Of a stretch of DNA of 64,000 bases, positions 24,412-34,592 are shown piece by piece. The notes beneath the pieces were generated by a model, which had not been told where the DNA came from, ran no database searches, and was given only the letters and a program-made list of their open reading frames with translations. The DNA is taken from the IMG/VR virus record IMGVR_UViG_3300047160_018755, positions 118,280-182,279 of that record; one strand, written 5' to 3'. This DNA comes from a virus. The number at the start of each line of letters is the position of its first letter. Within the stretch, counting starts at the first letter, position 1. A program made the translations under genes and the position numbers.

Positions 24412-26558
24412 TAGCTCTTCCTAATGCGGGCGGCCTCTTCCAGGATTTCCTTGCTGGCGTCCTTGAGGTCTTCCTTGAGGCCGTCACGCAGGCGGTCGAT
24501 CATCACGCGGTGCTGGGCGACGAGCTTGCGGCGCGAAGGCGGCAGGTCCGCCTCAGCCTTCGAGAGAACGTGGAGGGCCTGGTCGATCGAACGGCTCAGG
24601 TCCTGGCCGGGCGGGTTCTGCTCCTGCTGGAGCTTCGTCGCGCCACCGGCCTCGGGCGCGGACTGGCCACCGGCCGCGTCCTGCGCCGCGGCTTGCGGGT
24701 CACCGCCCTGCCCCGGAGGGCCGCTGTCACCGCCATCGTCGCCACCGCCCTTGTCGGCACCGTCACCGCCACCTTCGTCGGCCGCGGCTCCGCCCGGCTG
24801 CTGCGCCTGCTGAGCCTGCGCGTCCGCCTGCTGCTGCGCCTGCGCGACCTGGATGTTCTGGAAGTAGAACGGATCGCGGATGTAGTGGAGCTGCGGGTCA
24901 CGCGGGAGACCGAAGAAGTGCTCTCGGATCTCGTCGACGTAGAGGAACTTGTCCTGGATGGCCTGGAGCTGCGGGTTGAGCGGGAAGTCGCCGCCCCATG
25001 CCTTGCCGATGATGGGCTTCTCCACCTTCTGCATGACCTGGTCGTAGGTCATGTGGACCGGCATGTCCTGCTGGAGACGCGTCGACTCCTTCTCTTCGGT
25101 GTCAGCGTCGAGGCCCTTGAAGCGGAACGAGCAGAGCTTGGCGAGGCTCGGGTCGATGAGCGGGAAGATGACCGCGTTGATGAAGTCCTCGAACTGCGTC
25201 ATGATCGGGCGGATGCCCTGGTCACGCGCCGCCTCCAGGCGGTACTCGTTGTTCGACTCGGAGAGAGACTGGTTGTTCGTGCCGCGCGAGAGGTACGCCC
25301 AGCCCGGCAGCTCGTCCGGCGACATCTGGAACGCGGAGAGGATGACACGCGCGTTCATGTCGGTGAGGTACTGGAATTCGGCGTCGCGCGACGAGTTGTC
25401 GATCGACTGCCACTCGATGTCGTCCTTCGTGCCGACCGAGAACACGGGCATGCGCCACGCGTTGTTCACGCTGTTGATGCTCGCGTTGAACTGCTGCTTC
25501 ACCTGGTGCAGCGTCGTCTGGTCGACGTCGTCCGACTTGAAGACGAGCATGCCGTGCGAGGCGCGACCCGTCTGGAAGTAGAGCTTGTTGTGCGTGGTGA
25601 TGTTGATGTGCGTCGTCACCGCGCTGATCATCGTGTCGATCGGCGTGACGGGGTACCCATCCAGCTCGACGTCGACGACCGGGTAGAAGTTGTGGACGCG
25701 CATCTCGTCGTCCGTGAAGGCCTGCACGGGGCGACCGTCGATCACTTGGATCCAGGCGTACTCGCCCTTCTCGAACTTCGACTCGTCGATGTTGCTCTTG
25801 ACCCTCTCCGAGTCGTTGCCGTGCTGGAGGTCCTTGAGCATCTTGACGGCCTGCTCGCGGAGAGCCTGCGCGTGCGTGCGCTGCGGGGCAGCCTTGAAGA
25901 TCGTGCCGACGTCGGTCGGACGGAAGTGGTGGAACTTCTTCTCCGCGCCCAGCTGGTCCTGGTACACGATTTCGACCGCGATGCGTCCCAGGCCGACCGC
26001 GTTGCGCGTGGCCATCTGGATGAACTGCGCGAAGGAGAGGTGGTCCTTCTTGTCGACGCCATCGGTGCTGCCGCACGTCCAGAACTTCTGGACCGCCTCC
26101 TGCTTGCGAGTGTCCAGCTCCTTCAGCTCGGCCGGAGTGAGGCGTTCTTTGACGCCGACGTTCGGCTCGATCACGTAGCCGGTGGCGAAGCGGTCCGGAC
26201 GGGGGCGACCAAACGACCCCATCTGCGTCTCGCGAGCGCGGATGATGGCGGCGACGAGGTCGTCCTGGATGATGATGCGCTTGAGGAGCGAGTCGGGGAG
26301 GAGCTTGACCTTCGCGCGGTAGACCGACTGGTACTGGTTGACCAGGTTGGGGTCAGTCTCGAACGCGAGGCGCTCGACCGATTCCTTCGGCCCGTTCAGG
26401 AGGTCGAGGATCGACTTCGCGAGCGTGTCGGGAGCTTCCTTCTTCTCGCCGGGCTCCTCGATCGCAAAACGAATGGTCGCCGGACGCTTGGGCAGCGCCG
26501 CCATCGATTCGTCAAACGACTTGACGAGCGAAGCTCCTGCGATGGGCAAGTTCGCCAT
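24411..26558 (-). CDS. portal protein
   Basis: GYPVTPI, YFQTGRASHGML, NAWRMP, FQYL...AFQMSPDE, RDQGIRP; located between terL and MuF/protease. Confidence 0.8.
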   Translation of the reverse strand: MANLPIAGASLVKSFDESMAALPKRPATIRFAIEEPGEKKEAPDTLAKSILDLLNGPKESVERLAFETDPNLVNQYQSVYRAKVKLLPDSLLKRIIIQDDLVAAIIRARETQMGSFGRPRPDRFATGYVIEPNVGVKERLTPAELKELDTRKQEAVQKFWTCGSTDGVDKKDHLSFAQFIQMATRNAVGLGRIAVEIVYQDQLGAEKKFHHFRPTDVGTIFKAAPQRTHAQALREQAVKMLKDLQHGNDSERVKSNIDESKFEKGEYAWIQVIDGRPVQAFTDDEMRVHNFYPVVDVELDGYPVTPIDTMISAVTTHINITTHNKLYFQTGRASHGMLVFKSDDVDQTTLHQVKQQFNASINSVNNAWRMPVFSVGTKDDIEWQSIDNSSRDAEFQYLTDMNARVILSAFQMSPDELPGWAYLSRGTNNQSLSESNNEYRLEAARDQGIRPIMTQFEDFINAVIFPLIDPSLAKLCSFRFKGLDADTEEKESTRLQQDMPVHMTYDQVMQKVEKPIIGKAWGGDFPLNPQLQAIQDKFLYVDEIREHFFGLPRDPQLHYIRDPFYFQNIQVAQAQQQADAQAQQAQQPGGAAADEGGGDGADKGGGDDGGDSGPPGQGGDPQAAAQDAAGGQSAPEAGGATKLQQEQNPPGQDLSRSIDQALHVLSKAEADLPPSRRKLVAQHRVMIDRLRDGLKEDLKDASKEILEEAARIRKS

Positions 26559-26561
26559 CGG

Positions 26562-27545
26562 TTACTCCGCAGACGCAACCTTGACGGTCGCGCGCGCAGT
26601 CGAACGGTTGAGGATCGTCAGGCTCCAGACGCTGCCCCACTTGGTCGACGAGCCTTCCATGCCCGGAGTGCCGGCGAGGAGCGGTTCGACGCGGTTGTAG
26701 GTCCCCGTGTCGCCGTTGAACTGCAACACGATCGACTGATCCGTGCGGATGCCGATGAAGCGCTTGCGCGCGGTGTAGATCGCGATGCCAGCGGTGGTCG
26801 GGAGGATGTCCGACTGAGGACCGAGCGGAGACGTCGAGAAAAACTCGATCCACCGCGGCGTCACCATCGTGATGTCGTACGAGTTGAGCGCGGAGGCGGC
26901 GAAGCCAGCCGAGAGGTCGACCGTGTCGCCGATCTGAACGCCCGTGGCCGAGAAGGCCTGGAAGTCGGTCGACGCGACAGGCGTCACAACCTCGCTGATG
27001 CCTTCCCAGACCGCGTCGGGGTCACGACCGAGGACGATGACGCTGGAGCTGACGACCGTGAGGACGGTCCAGAGGCCCGCGTTCAGGTCGTTGAACGGAC
27101 CCGCGGGATCGCCCGTCTTGACGCCGGGGATGAAGACCTGATCGCCAGCAACCACGCTGGCGAAGGGAGTGCCCGAGCCCGCCGTCACCTGGAGGGCCAA
27201 GTTCGGCAGCACCGCGAGAGTGAGGACGATGCTGGAGCAGTCCGCGCCGCGGTCGGTCCTGAATCCGGGAGGGTTGCCGGCGAAGTGCGTGAGCCGGTAG
27301 GTGTTCAGCGTCGTCGGGTTGATCGAGAGGTTGAACGCGGTGTTGTTGTTGATGGTCGTGTTGCGCGTTCCGTTGAAAACCGTGACGCTCGCACCGGGGT
27401 CGACCTGGATCGAGCGCGTTTCCGGGTTGTCGACCGGAATGTTCGCCTGCGTGATCGAATAGTCGATCGGACTCGACGTCGGATTACTGGTCGGGGGAAC
27501 GTCGTCGTACCCGAGGACTTTGAGGAGGAGAGTGAATGCCGACAT
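26562..27545 (-). CDS. putative virion structural protein (beta-rich)
   Basis: Thr/Val/Ser-rich, in the packaging operon; start ATG 27545 or TTG 27554. Confidence 0.5.
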   Translation of the reverse strand: MSAFTLLLKVLGYDDVPPTSNPTSSPIDYSITQANIPVDNPETRSIQVDPGASVTVFNGTRNTTINNNTAFNLSINPTTLNTYRLTHFAGNPPGFRTDRGADCSSIVLTLAVLPNLALQVTAGSGTPFASVVAGDQVFIPGVKTGDPAGPFNDLNAGLWTVLTVVSSSVIVLGRDPDAVWEGISEVVTPVASTDFQAFSATGVQIGDTVDLSAGFAASALNSYDITMVTPRWIEFFSTSPLGPQSDILPTTAGIAIYTARKRFIGIRTDQSIVLQFNGDTGTYNRVEPLLAGTPGMEGSSTKWGSVWSLTILNRSTARATVKVASAE

Positions 27546-27559
27546 GGTCTTCAACCCTC

Positions 27560-27572
27560 AAGATTGCGGCTA
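27560..27572 (-). promoter_or_regulatory. late-type motif TAGCCGCAATCTT
   Basis: Identical 13-mer to 13135-13147, at the terL/next-gene junction. Confidence 0.6.
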
Positions 27573-29501
27573 GATAACCCAGCCAAAACGGCCCCGGCGG
27601 CCCGAAGAACCGGCACTACCCTCGGAAAGGCCTCCGCGCTCCTCGATGACCTTCGACATCCAGTTCTCGACGGTGTAGACGTGCGGCGGATGGGTCGGGG
27701 CCGGGGCTGGGGAATCGCCAGCGACCGCCGGGCGACCCTTTTCGGCCCCGAAAACGTTCATGATCGCGTAACGAAGGGCATCGCACTCGTCGTCCTCGAC
27801 CTCGGTGGGCCTGTCCGTCACCCTTTCGGCCGCGTCCGTGATCCAGTGGTACTTCATGAGGCGCTTGACGAGCAGCTCGACGCCTGGGTCTCCCGCCAAG
27901 AAGTAGAGCAGGGGCTCGGTCATGGGCGGCTGGAGCTTCAGCTGGACGGCGCTGATGCCGCCGACCACCGTGCCGGCGACCTTCTGCCACTCTCGCATGC
28001 GGAACCCGGCGCGGCGGAGCACCGCGATCATTTGCTTGTTCTCCATGTCGGGGAAGATGACCGGGTTCCAGTCCCTGATGCGCTTGTTGCAGACGTCGAC
28101 CATCTGGTCAGGAAGCAGCTCGGGCTCGGCGATGACGTCGACCACAAACGCACGGTAGCCGTCGCAGAAGATGGTGACCACGGCGAAGTTGTGCGCGTAG
28201 CCGAAGTCCATGCCCGCGTAGCAGAGCATGTCGCGCTGGCGCATGATGTCGATCAGGCCCTTCTTGTCCATCCGCGGGTCGACCGGGAAGCCCAAGATCA
28301 TCTCCGCCATCTGCGCCGCGGTGATGACGTGCTTGTCGCGCGAGAAGTTCGGATAGACCAAGCCCTCGGTCGACGGCTGCTTGCAGAGCAGCTGCGCGAG
28401 GACGTAGTCGATCGGCGCGTTCATCATGTTCGCGACGTGGTTGATGGGCTTGAGCAGCTCCGACTTCGACTTCTGGTGCGTCGCGAGACGGCCGTGGCAC
28501 GCAGCGAAGATCTTGCAGTTCTTCAGGCAGCCGACGAAGCCTTCCTCCTTGGTGAACTTCGCCTGCTCGGGCTCGGTGAGACCCTTCCACTTCGCCTCGC
28601 CGATGGCCTGGAGGCGCTTGGGGTCAACGTAGATCGGGATCTTGCCCTGCTCGGGCAGGTGGCGCTCCGGCGGGCAGGCGCGAGTGACGTCGAGGATGTT
28701 CCAGTGGCGGACGTGGAGCCTGATCTCACCCGTCTCCTGGTCGACGGCCTCATCAATCTCGCGCTGCACGAGGCCGGTGGAGATTTTGCGCGTCGACGTG
28801 AGCACCGTGGTGGGCATCCAGCCGTTGATAGGCGCCGGGATGAACTTCGCCTCCTGGTACGCGCGCTCGTTCGTAACGACGTCGACCTCGTCCACGACGA
28901 AGAACGGCACGTGCTCAGAGTTGGCGCCAGCCGGGGTGCAGATGACGATCTTGATGTAGTTGCGAACCTCCTCCCACTGCGCGTCACGCAGCTCTGGCGA
29001 CAGAGCCCTGAACCTCGACTCGGAGAAGCTCTCTCCCGTCTCCGGGTGGATGTAGCGGGCAAATTCGACGCGGCGGACGTTGTCGCCGGAGACGAAGTCA
29101 CGGAGGATGGGCTTGCTGAAAAACTTCTTGACGTACTCTTGGCTCTTCTCCGATTGCGGCTCGATGGCGGCCATGTGCGCGACGTTGCGGCGCAGGTGGA
29201 CGACGGCCAGAACCTCCAGCATTGCGGCGCAGAGGGTCTTGAAGGAGTCGCGAGACGCGTAGTACATGACGCGCGCGAAGGTGGGGTCGTTGTTGTACAG
29301 CGCCTTCGAGTAGCACTCCCAGAGCATGTCCATGGGCGTACTCGTCGAGTCGGGGTCGACGATGCAGTCGGGCACGTCGAACTCGAAGAAGAGCCGGATC
29401 CACTTGTGGAGGGCGTCGCGTGTCGTGCACGGCACGAAGGCGATCTTGCGCTTGAGGGCAAGGATCTCTTCCGGCGACTTGGGCTTCTTAGCTTCAGCCA
29501 C
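27570..29501 (-). CDS. terL: terminase large subunit
   Basis: Walker A-like ASRDSFKT, Walker B FVVDEVD, TSTR, nuclease GMDFGYAH and DDECDALRYA. Confidence 0.85.
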   Translation of the reverse strand: MAEAKKPKSPEEILALKRKIAFVPCTTRDALHKWIRLFFEFDVPDCIVDPDSTSTPMDMLWECYSKALYNNDPTFARVMYYASRDSFKTLCAAMLEVLAVVHLRRNVAHMAAIEPQSEKSQEYVKKFFSKPILRDFVSGDNVRRVEFARYIHPETGESFSESRFRALSPELRDAQWEEVRNYIKIVICTPAGANSEHVPFFVVDEVDVVTNERAYQEAKFIPAPINGWMPTTVLTSTRKISTGLVQREIDEAVDQETGEIRLHVRHWNILDVTRACPPERHLPEQGKIPIYVDPKRLQAIGEAKWKGLTEPEQAKFTKEEGFVGCLKNCKIFAACHGRLATHQKSKSELLKPINHVANMMNAPIDYVLAQLLCKQPSTEGLVYPNFSRDKHVITAAQMAEMILGFPVDPRMDKKGLIDIMRQRDMLCYAGMDFGYAHNFAVVTIFCDGYRAFVVDVIAEPELLPDQMVDVCNKRIRDWNPVIFPDMENKQMIAVLRRAGFRMREWQKVAGTVVGGISAVQLKLQPPMTEPLLYFLAGDPGVELLVKRLMKYHWITDAAERVTDRPTEVEDDECDALRYAIMNVFGAEKGRPAVAGDSPAPAPTHPPHVYTVENWMSKVIEERGGLSEGSAGSSGRRGRFGWVI

Positions 29502-30243
29502 GGACCAGCTCCTCCGCCTTGGTGCGGTCCATGCCACCCTTCACGAGGAATTCGATCTTCTCCTCGGGCGTCTCGGGAGGCGCTGCGATCTGTTTCGGCG
29601 GCTCCGTGACCTCGGCGTCGATGATGTCCTCGGCCAGGAGGTCATCCATGATGTTCGTCGCCTCTTCCGCGGACACCTTCTGAGCGACGTGCTGGATCTG
29701 ACCGGTGTGCTTGACCTCGACCTTCTTCGCGTCCGTTCCGGACGCCTTCATGTACAGCTCGGTCAGGTCGCGCAGCTCCTTCATGTTCTTCGGGAGCGGG
29801 ACGCCGTTGAGGTGTGACTCGTCGCCCGTCGCGATGTAGCGCTTGAGGGCATCGTTGTGCTTCATCTGCGAAGCACGGAGAAGGTTGGCGAGGAAGTCCT
29901 GCGTCTCCAGCTGGACCGTCTCGACCTTGGTGGGGACCTCGCTCTTGAGCGTCGCGACGGCGTCACCCTTGCGCTCGTCCCACTGCCACATCACGCGGGC
30001 GGCAACGATCTGGCCCAGGCTGAAATGCGGGAAGAGGCGCCGCAGCTCTTCGCAGCCGTTGCCGGCCTTGTAGAGCTTGAACAGCTCCTCCTGGTTCTGC
30101 TCCGGGATGCCGCGGACCTCGTTGTTGACGAAGTACTTGTACGCGGCTCGTTCGCGGTCGGAAAGCGCCTTGATGGCCGTCGCGAGACGGACCTCCTTGT
30201 CGCTACTTGTCTGAAGCTCCTTGCTTGGCTGCGGCGTCGGCAT
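29494..30243 (-). CDS. probable terminase small subunit
   Basis: Overlaps the terL start; HTH-like N-terminus and helical core; TAATCTT at 30306-30312 upstream. Confidence 0.5.
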   Translation of the reverse strand: MPTPQPSKELQTSSDKEVRLATAIKALSDRERAAYKYFVNNEVRGIPEQNQEELFKLYKAGNGCEELRRLFPHFSLGQIVAARVMWQWDERKGDAVATLKSEVPTKVETVQLETQDFLANLLRASQMKHNDALKRYIATGDESHLNGVPLPKNMKELRDLTELYMKASGTDAKKVEVKHTGQIQHVAQKVSAEEATNIMDDLLAEDIIDAEVTEPPKQIAAPPETPEEKIEFLVKGGMDRTKAEELVRG

Positions 30244-30649
30244 CTTTGAGTCTCTGGATCGTCCTGGCAAGGTCCTTCTTTGCGCGGGGCCTTCCCTGTC
30301 CCTCAAAGATTACTTCGCCATCGACCAAAACCCTCGTTTTCCAATGCCTTCCGAGCAAACTCTTCACGGAACGGTCGAGGCCGTCCAAGATCTCGTTGAA
30401 CTGCTCATGGGGCTCGGCGTTGACCTCGGTCCCGCGGACCTCGACACACGGAGGCTGTCCAAGGAGGAGAGCGTCCTCGTCCGAGAAGACCTCGGGAATG
30501 AGGGCGACCTCGACATGCTTCACGTGCTGGAGGGTGAGATTCCCCCAGAACTTGAGCTGGTAGACCTGGGCCTCGTGGACGACCCCGGTGTTCTCCGTGA
30601 CGGTGCGGAGCGCCTTGAGCTGCTCCCAGATCGTGTTGTTCTCGTTCAT
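30203..30649 (-). CDS. hypothetical protein
   Basis: ATGA overlap with sbcD. Confidence 0.6.
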   Translation of the reverse strand: MNENNTIWEQLKALRTVTENTGVVHEAQVYQLKFWGNLTLQHVKHVEVALIPEVFSDEDALLLGQPPCVEVRGTEVNAEPHEQFNEILDGLDRSVKSLLGRHWKTRVLVDGEVIFEGQGRPRAKKDLARTIQRLKDADAAAKQGASDK

Positions 30650-31620
30650 ACCGACAGCCTTTCCCTCGCCATCTGTTCGAGCACCTCGACGGGTGTCCCG
30701 TTCTTCGGCTTGTAGTCCTTCAAGAAGCGCTTAAACGCGTTCCCAATGCCCTCAGATTCGCGCACACGGGCCGTTTGACGGTCGGTGAGGAACGTGCGCA
30801 CCTTGACGCCCGGACGCGCCCATAGCTTCTTCTGCGCGGTCACGAAATCGGCCGGCCCGGTGATGTCGATGCGCCAGTCCACGTTCGGGTCCAGCTCGCC
30901 GTCTTCCGTGTCGGGGAAGAACAGGTCGTCCGGCTTGATGGAGACGTACCGGATCTGCCGGCAGACCTTGCCCGTGTCGATGGAGCGCTTCTCCCGCACG
31001 TTGCCGGAGATGTCGAAGTCGTAGAGCCAGATCGCGCGGTCGATGTTGGCGTCACTCAGGTTCCGCCAGCGGGGCGCGCCGATGTAGGTCACGCGATCGA
31101 AGTTCTGGGGCGTGTGGATGTGCCCCGAGATGATGTTCTGCTGCGGAATGCGGCTGAGGTCGATGCCATCCTCCGCCAGGAAGCCGTTCTCGTACCGGCT
31201 GCCGACGAAAGTTTGGTGGCACACCAAGGTGTTCGCGCCCGAGTACTTGTTGCAGATCTCCACGAATTTCTCGCGGTCCGCCATGTACGGCATGAAGAGC
31301 ACACACGCGAAGGCTGACGGGTGGTCAACGACCTTGACCAGGTCCTCGTACATCTGCATCGCGTGAATCAGGTTCCCCTCGCCCGCGTAGTCGTGGTTGC
31401 CGACGAGAGTCATGCGGCGCCCCGGCTTCTTGAACCGCGCTCGGTAGAAGTCCATCACCTCGGCGCGGATGATGTTGTGGGTGTGGTGCTGGTCGCCCAT
31501 GAACACGGTCGCGTCCACGTTCTCCGCCTTCGCGGTTTCGTCCACGAGATCCATGAGCCGGGCGCAGTCGTCCAGCTCCTCGGGAACCGCGTGGATGTCT
31601 CCGACGAATAGGTACTTCAT
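30646..31620 (-). CDS. sbcD: SbcD/Mre11-like metallophosphoesterase nuclease
   Basis: GDIH, GDQHH, GNHD, CHQTF, SGHIH. Confidence 0.8.
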   Translation of the reverse strand: MKYLFVGDIHAVPEELDDCARLMDLVDETAKAENVDATVFMGDQHHTHNIIRAEVMDFYRARFKKPGRRMTLVGNHDYAGEGNLIHAMQMYEDLVKVVDHPSAFACVLFMPYMADREKFVEICNKYSGANTLVCHQTFVGSRYENGFLAEDGIDLSRIPQQNIISGHIHTPQNFDRVTYIGAPRWRNLSDANIDRAIWLYDFDISGNVREKRSIDTGKVCRQIRYVSIKPDDLFFPDTEDGELDPNVDWRIDITGPADFVTAQKKLWARPGVKVRTFLTDRQTARVRESEGIGNAFKRFLKDYKPKNGTPVEVLEQMARERLSV

Positions 31621-31973
31621 ACGGCGTTGAGGTCGGGATAGGAGCTGGAGCGCTTGCGGTCGACGAGCTGGACCTGGTCGAGCGGGACCATGACGATCGA
31701 CTTCGTCGTGCCGTCGTCCAGCTCGATGTCGATGGACTTCGTCCACTGCGACGTCATGCCGACCTGGTTCTGACCGGCCTGCGTGACATACACGAGGTCG
31801 CCAGGCTCGATGTCGTTCTCCTCGCTGCCGTAGACGACCTTGAGAGCGATGAGCTGCGTGCGTTGGGAGACCATGCGCAGCTGCATCTTGCCGACCTGGT
31901 GGACGCCCTTGTCCTGGTCCTCTTTCACCGCGAAGGGCTCACACGCGATGTTCTTGCTGAATCCTTGGATCAT
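31617..31973 (-). CDS. groES: co-chaperonin GroES-like protein
   Basis: GFSKNIACEP..mobile loop..LKVVYG..IEPGDLVYV..IVMVPLDQVQLV follows the Cpn10 pattern; divergent. Confidence 0.6.
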   Translation of the reverse strand: MIQGFSKNIACEPFAVKEDQDKGVHQVGKMQLRMVSQRTQLIALKVVYGSEENDIEPGDLVYVTQAGQNQVGMTSQWTKSIDIELDDGTTKSIVMVPLDQVQLVDRKRSSSYPDLNAV

Positions 31974-31974
31974 G

Positions 31975-33069
31975 TCACGCTCCGATTTCGTCCAGTCGAA
32001 CGCCTTTGAGGCGCAGCAGTTTCGTCTCCCACAGCGTCAGGCCCATCCCGGCCTTCTTCATGAGCGCCATCGCGTCCCGGTTCTCGACCTGGACGTCCGG
32101 GCGCACCGACTCCGGCGCTGCGAAGCGGGTGATGGGCACGGGCGCGTCCGGGTCCGTCGGCAGCGAGCTGTCCGCGCTGACGGTCGAGGCGGCAGCGGCG
32201 AGGTCCGCGATCTCGGCAGCTGTGGTCCGATGCGACCCCTCGTCGCCCTCGGCCTTGCGCTTGGCCTTCTCTTTCTTGATGCCCGCGTTCACCAGCTGCG
32301 CGATCTTCTCGTAGTCGATGTTGTCGGCGGAGAAGTTGCGGATGAGCTTGTTGTAGCGGTAGATCTTGCGCTTGTCGACCGGGTAGAAGTGGATGAGGGT
32401 CTCGCTGTACTCCTCGATGAAATTCCCGACCATGCGGCCGATCATCGTCGAGCGGAAGACCTTCGGCGACACGCGACCGCGCGGGCCGGGCGAGTACTTG
32501 TCCACGCCCGACATCATGCCCTCGGCCGCGATCTGGATCTCGTCCATGTAGCTGAGGTGCGACTTCGGCGTGCGCGAGTAGAACACGCGCGCACGAGCGA
32601 TGCCCAACGGCAGGTTGATGGCGACGATGTCTTTGCGGAGCTTCCCAATCTGGTTCGCGAGCTTCGTGACCTGGGAGTTCGGACCCCAGTTCCGCTGCTT
32701 CATGACGAACAGGATGAACTGGTAGTTGATCGCGAAGCGGTACAGGTCCTCGACACCGTGGCGGCCCTTCTTGAGCGCCTTCGAGATCTGCTTCGCGAAC
32801 ACCTCCTGGCGCTCGCGGAAGTAGGGGCGGGCGGCGAGAATGTTCTTCTTCTCCTCGGAGATGAACGTGACGAAGCGCTTGTACACCCACTGGCCGTAGC
32901 TGTGGCGCACGACGGTGTCGCGCCACTTCTTCTCCAGGGCGATGAGCTGTTCGACCTGGTTCTTCTGGTGCTCGTTCCAGTTCTCGATGGACCCGTAGCG
33001 CGCGATCAGCTTCTCCAGCTCCGCAGCGAACACCTTGAAGTGCTCCTGCTCGGGAATGAAACCGCTCAT
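31975..33069 (-). CDS. phage RNA polymerase sigma factor (sigma70 region 2; region 4 truncated)
   Basis: IVAINLPLGIARAR..LSYMDEIQIAAEGMMSGVDKY..FRSTM; ends after LTLWETKLLRLKG. Confidence 0.7.
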   Translation of the reverse strand: MSGFIPEQEHFKVFAAELEKLIARYGSIENWNEHQKNQVEQLIALEKKWRDTVVRHSYGQWVYKRFVTFISEEKKNILAARPYFRERQEVFAKQISKALKKGRHGVEDLYRFAINYQFILFVMKQRNWGPNSQVTKLANQIGKLRKDIVAINLPLGIARARVFYSRTPKSHLSYMDEIQIAAEGMMSGVDKYSPGPRGRVSPKVFRSTMIGRMVGNFIEEYSETLIHFYPVDKRKIYRYNKLIRNFSADNIDYEKIAQLVNAGIKKEKAKRKAEGDEGSHRTTAAEIADLAAAASTVSADSSLPTDPDAPVPITRFAAPESVRPDVQVENRDAMALMKKAGMGLTLWETKLLRLKGVRLDEIGA

Positions 33070-34571
33070 TGCTGGATCTCCTGGTAATTCGGGTAGATGT
33101 CCTTGTAGATCTTGACGCGCTCTTTCGCGTGCTTCTCCAGCATCGGGACGTTGCGGATGCCGAAGTCCACGTACACGCAGTCCTCCTTGCCCGGAATCTT
33201 GCGCGTGCCGCGGCCCGTGATCTGGCGCAGCTCGACTTCCGACTTGCCGCCGCGGAGGTTGATGAGGAGCTTCACCTTCTGGATATCGGTTCCGGTGGTG
33301 ATGCAGGACGTGCCGATGAGAATCGGAAACTCGCCGCGGTTGAACTGGTCGACGAGGTCGGTGGGGTCGTCATCCCAGTACTTCTCGGGCACGAACTTCT
33401 TCGACTCCTTCGTGAGACTGCCGTGAGCGAAGCGGAAGTCGTAGCGCAGGTGCGGGATGAGCTTCTGGAGCTGCTCATACTCCTCGATCATGATCACGGT
33501 CGGACGACCCATGAGGCTCACCGCCTTGTTGGCCACCTCGGCGGCCTTGGAGATGATCTCGGGGTTGTAGAACACGTGGGCGCGGGTCATGTCGTTCGCG
33601 TCGTCAGACTCGTAGAGCTGCCCGCGGTCGCGCACGTTGGAGTCACACCAAATCATGCGGAACTGCGGCTTCGCCAGGAAGCCCTGGTCGACGCCCTCCT
33701 GGACCGTCATCGTGTACACGATCGGACCCGTGATGGCGTTGAGGAGCAGGTCCTTCCCGTCGGCGCGCATCTGCGTGCCCGAGAAGAAGAAGCGGTACGG
33801 CACGTGCGCCATCAAGCCGAAGCACACGTCGGAAAGCGTAGCGGCTGGGCACATGTGCGACTCGTCCGCGATGAAGATCTTGGCCTCGCGGAACTGATCC
33901 CACGCAGGAGTCCCAATCTCAACGTTCTTCAACGACGCGGCCACGCCGACCGTGAAGAGCTTGCCGAGCTGCTTCTTGCCATCACCGAAGAATCCCACCC
34001 GCGCCTTGCCGAAGTGCTTCAGGAGGTCGCGATGAATCTGCTTCGCGATGTTCACCGAGGGCGACATGATCACCGCCGGCAGACCGATGTCTTTGAGCAG
34101 CAGCTCGATGATGAAGCTCTTCCCGAGGCCGGTGCCCATCTCGACGCCACACGGACCCGCGGCAGCGTGATTGAGCAACTCGGTCTTGGCCGCGAGCTGG
34201 TAGTAGCGCGGCTCGTGGTCAGGGATCTTCTCCCAAGGCACGAGCTTCGGATAGGGGAGGGTGTAGCGCACGTGCGACGTGTCGTCGAAGGCAGATTCGA
34301 GACGCTGGCGGAGACCGGTGTAGGTGTACGGCCCGTGATCGTCATCGTCGTCGAAAAGGAGACACTTCTCCTTGGCAGCCTGGAGTTCGGCCAACTTCTC
34401 GCGGTACGCGGCCTCGCCGTTGTACTTCACGAACCAGCGCTGGCCCTTGATGTGACCGCGGAGGGCCCACTCGACCTGCTTGTCGGTGTAGGTCAGGTTG
34501 GCTCGAACCTGTGCCAGCCGATCCTGGTAGCCGCGCAGGTACATGCAGGTGGGGGTGACGAGTTCGAGCAT
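33066..34571 (-). CDS. superfamily 2 helicase (UvsW-like)
   Basis: GTGLGKS, DESH, SGT, GTDI, QITGRGTR; ATG 34571 after AGGAG. Confidence 0.85.
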   Translation of the reverse strand: MLELVTPTCMYLRGYQDRLAQVRANLTYTDKQVEWALRGHIKGQRWFVKYNGEAAYREKLAELQAAKEKCLLFDDDDDHGPYTYTGLRQRLESAFDDTSHVRYTLPYPKLVPWEKIPDHEPRYYQLAAKTELLNHAAAGPCGVEMGTGLGKSFIIELLLKDIGLPAVIMSPSVNIAKQIHRDLLKHFGKARVGFFGDGKKQLGKLFTVGVAASLKNVEIGTPAWDQFREAKIFIADESHMCPAATLSDVCFGLMAHVPYRFFFSGTQMRADGKDLLLNAITGPIVYTMTVQEGVDQGFLAKPQFRMIWCDSNVRDRGQLYESDDANDMTRAHVFYNPEIISKAAEVANKAVSLMGRPTVIMIEEYEQLQKLIPHLRYDFRFAHGSLTKESKKFVPEKYWDDDPTDLVDQFNRGEFPILIGTSCITTGTDIQKVKLLINLRGGKSEVELRQITGRGTRKIPGKEDCVYVDFGIRNVPMLEKHAKERVKIYKDIYPNYQEIQQ

Positions 34572-34580
34572 CTCCTGTGT

Positions 34581-34592
34581 TTCTATCGAATC
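34581..34592 (-). promoter_or_regulatory. GATTCGATAGAA motif
   Basis: Exact copy; member of a divergent pair. Confidence 0.7.

Noticed and set aside
24510-29609. 1699-aa plus-strand ORF and similar long ORFs (5-1054, 15869-18736, 19483-23475, 50965-53685, 55771-58473)
   Set aside because: Antisense shadows of real genes in a GC-rich genome; no motifs, and they mirror strongly supported genes on the other strand
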